Assembly: GCA_964016885.1 (NCBI GenBank)
Contig: OZ024743.1
Location: forward strand, 16,492,001-16,556,000
Source: Eledone cirrhosa
Taxonomy: Eukaryota
Direction: 5' to 3'
DNA length: 64,000 nucleotides
Shown here: positions 61,089 through 64,000 of the stretch, in pieces
Layout of the letters: each line of letters opens with the position of its first letter
Position numbering within the stretch: the first letter of the stretch is position 1
Translations under genes and position numbers: made by a program
The notes under the pieces: model-generated
Told to the model about the DNA's origin: nothing
Databases searched by the model: none
Seen by the model: only the letters and a program-made list of their open reading frames with translations

Positions 61089-61956
61089 ACATGGAACTCC
61101 TTTAACCATCTTTTGATCTTATATTATGTATACTCCAGTCCTACAAACTGTAGAGTGCTTCTTATCCGATATCTGCATTGCTTTATTGTACTACAATAAA
61201 AGTCACCTCCTACATATATATATATATATATGGGGGGGGGGGGGGTGTCTGATGATAGCTAAGATGCTTCCATAGGCGGTGTGCCGGTTGAGCATCTTAT
61301 GCTCTTTCAGACCACAGTATGATAAAATAGAAAATGAAAATTCAGATGCATCTGAACTCAATTTATTGTGTGTTACAATTGTTTTCCCGGAGGAAAATGC
61401 AACAACACAGCTCGCCATTGTTGATTCATATATGCTTTCCCCTTCGCTGTGACCTGTCTGTTTTCTCTTCTCTTACTGCTATCCCCTTTCTCTGGCCCCA
61501 TTCTCTCTCCTACTCCCTCTTACTTTCACCTGACCCCCTCTGCTAGTCACCCTCTCTCGGCTAGCCTCTTCCTCACACTTTCATCCACTCACTCTCTGCT
61601 ACTCATCGTCTCTCTCACCTCCTACATCGCCACACACCGTACGCGATCCTTTTCCTCGCTCACATCCGTACGGCTAAGATGTGTCTTTACATTCTCGTCA
61701 AAATTCGCCAATTCTTATGTCCGAAATGAATTATTGACTTGAATGTTCATTTGTTTCCTCTCTTTACGTCGCCTCACCATTCGTGTCTGTTTTCATGTCT
61801 TTCTCTTTCTCCACCCAACTCTTTTTATCCCAATAACTTATTTTAGTCATTGTATCGCCCTAGCTGGAGGTATATGGTCTGTAATGCGAAGAAATACCTA
61901 TGGAGGCTAGTAGACAAGTGATGTCGGATAATCCTAACTTCAATTTCTAAATCTTC

Positions 61957-62039
<83 letters not shown>

Positions 62040-62289
62040 TATATAATATTCAGGATACTATTTATGATTATGTATATTTTAAACTTTTTATAGTTATGTA
62101 TATTTTAAACCTTAAACAGTGAAGGTCAGTAATTTATTACTACCGTATTACCAGTAGTATTACTACCTGATTACCGAAGACTCCAAGCCTAGGTTTGGAT
62201 GAAACAATTGTAAGCGAATAAATGCTTTGAACATAACTTCGATTCTTGTGAATTGTATATAAATGTATATCTATCAAAAAAGAGAAATA

Positions 62290-64000
62290 GGACGAAGGTA
62301 AACAGTTACAAAAGGATTTAATCCACGTATTAACAATTGTTTCATCATAATTTCAGTCCATTATTGCTACATTATGTAATAATAGGCAATCAAGAAAGAT
62401 ACTGTGGCATCCGAATTTTCAAAATACAAAGTTGAAATGACCTTAGGAAATGAAATAAGGGGTAGTAGTGTAAGATAGAGGAACAGAGAGAGAGAGGGGC
62501 AAAAGTGAGGGAGAGAGAGAGAAAGAAAAGGGACGGAGGTAGGGAGAGAAAGAGAAAGAGATATGGTGGTGTGAGAGGATTTGTATAGAATATAGTTAAG
62601 TTACAATAAGGGAGGGGGAGGAGGGTTGTGTGCTAAAACTTGTGATGAGTAGAGGGAGAGAGAAGGAAGATAGAATTTTAAGTGGCAGTTGGTAGTGGAC
62701 AGGCGAAAGTTTTACCAGAGAATAGATGAAGGAAGAAAGTATTAAATTTCATATATAGTCTATTTTTAGGAGTGTAGAATTGTTATTTAGGGTAGAAAAG
62801 GAAGAGAGGTAGTGTTAGGATTTAGTTGAAGGTTTGAAGTGAGAGAAATTCGCTTTTAGTTTGTACTGGCAAAAGATTGACCTTTCAATTTTGTTGTTGA
62901 GTAGTTGGTGGCCTGAGCTTAGGATATGGAAGAGCTCATTATTACACAACGGGCACGTTTTCATCCCACTCTGGTATGGAGGAGTATGTGAGAGTTTGGT
63001 CCATTTAAGGGTGTATTGTCGGTTACTCCCTTTTAAGTGCCAAATTTTGTCGGCGAGAGTCGTTACGTAACAGTGTTGGGGTGCTTTATTCCGTAACGAT
63101 GCGTGTACCAACGAGTTTTGAAGGTGTTTGCAGTGCTGCCTATGTAGTGCCAGGTTTGGTTGTCCGACTCAACCGAGCACCTGTACACTAGGTTTGAATG
63201 CAAACATTCATTATTCAATGGACAAGTCTCTGGAAGCTGGCAATTACAATTTCTGTTATGGGCAGTCGTGGAGTTATAGGTGGGCTGAGATGTGTGTGTG
63301 AGTGTGTTTTGTGCATACTGTTTGTTAGTGGGTGGTTGTGTATTAGGTGTATTATTGTGTTGAGTGATTGGGGTGTTGTTGTTACGGAGTTTTTTGGCGT
63401 TGAGCATCTTAATGTGTGTGTCTAGGTTTGGTGCAGTGGAATAAGATAGTCTAATTGTTTTGGTATTAAGTGTACTACTATATTTATGTGAATTTGGAAA
63501 GTGTTTTTTTATAATTTTGTAGAATGTGGAAGGTAAGTTAGAGCTAATAGAAGAGTTAAAAATAGGATTATACCAAATGTAAGACCTACTCCGTGTTCTG
63601 TTTTGTTTTGGTGTTGCTGTTGTATTTGTGGTGTGGTTAGTATTAGGGGGTATAGGTGCGTGTGTGCGGGTGTTTGTGGGGCGTTTGGCGTGTCTATGGT
63701 TATGTGTTTTATGGTTGTGTCGGTCTATGTATTCTAGTTTGTCGGTGTGGCCAGCCCGTTCTAATGCAGTGTTGTAATATTCAGCGTGTTGATCAAATAT
63801 TTGTTGGTTAGATGAGAGGCGGGATATTCTAAGTGATATACTACATGGCACGGACCTTATAATAGATAGTGGGTGGTTAGAGCTAGTGTGGATATAGGTG
63901 AGGTTCTCATTGTTTTTGTGAAAGGGTGTGATCATTTGGGTGTTGAGGTTGAAGGTGGCATCTAGGAAGTTAACTACTTTGGTACTATATTCGTAGGTGA
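62290..64000 (-). mobile_element. Penelope-like element PLE3 (3' portion, runs off the window)
   Basis: RT end and GIY-YIG ORF followed by a pyrimidine-rich (sense) 3' region; left boundary uncertain. Confidence 0.85.
62815..64000 (-). pseudogene. PLE3 RT thumb + GIY-YIG endonuclease, frameshift near 63070
   Basis: YIHTSSNHP, YIWYNPIF, CNCQLPETCPLNNECLHSNLVYRC..HYIGSTANTFKTRWYTH, CPLCNNE. Confidence 0.9.

Larger units (their letters stand above)
57284..61127 (-). mobile_element. Penelope-like element PLE2: 5'-truncated RT-GIY-YIG ORF flanked by about 1.06-kb inverted pseudo-LTRs
   Basis: 57284-58344 is the near-perfect reverse complement of 60041-61127; the ORF lies between. Confidence 0.93.

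Overview
Repeat-dense eukaryotic genomic DNA with no convincing host gene. The tRNA-derived SINE family present resembles octopus SINEs, so an octopod cephalopod source is inferred. The window is dominated by two convergent head-to-tail arrays of L1/Tx1-clade non-LTR retrotransposons: 886-18813 on + and 35315-53606 on -. Every unit keeps its 5' end and sits between (TTA)n repeats. There are three ORF1/5'UTR variants (called A, B, C here), one copy with an intact 1139-aa APE-RT-zinc-finger ORF2, and one 379-bp internally deleted derivative. Around the arrays lie a decayed hAT transposon nested in a Penelope-like element (PLE), two more PLEs (one with about 1.06-kb inverted arms carrying hammerhead ribozyme motifs), non-autonomous Helitrons, SINEs, an RTE 3' fragment and many microsatellites. 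The most notable unexplained signals are in the Tx1 system: (i) a conserved GGTAAGT donor overlapping the ORF1 stop, whose 51-53-nt candidate intron would fuse ORF1 to ORF2 in frame; (ii) a covarying CTTGT-type pentaloop hairpin in both the 5'UTR and the 3' end of the LINEs and at the SINE 3' end; (iii) (TTA)n-directed self-stacking of full-length copies. All alignments and folds were done by eye.
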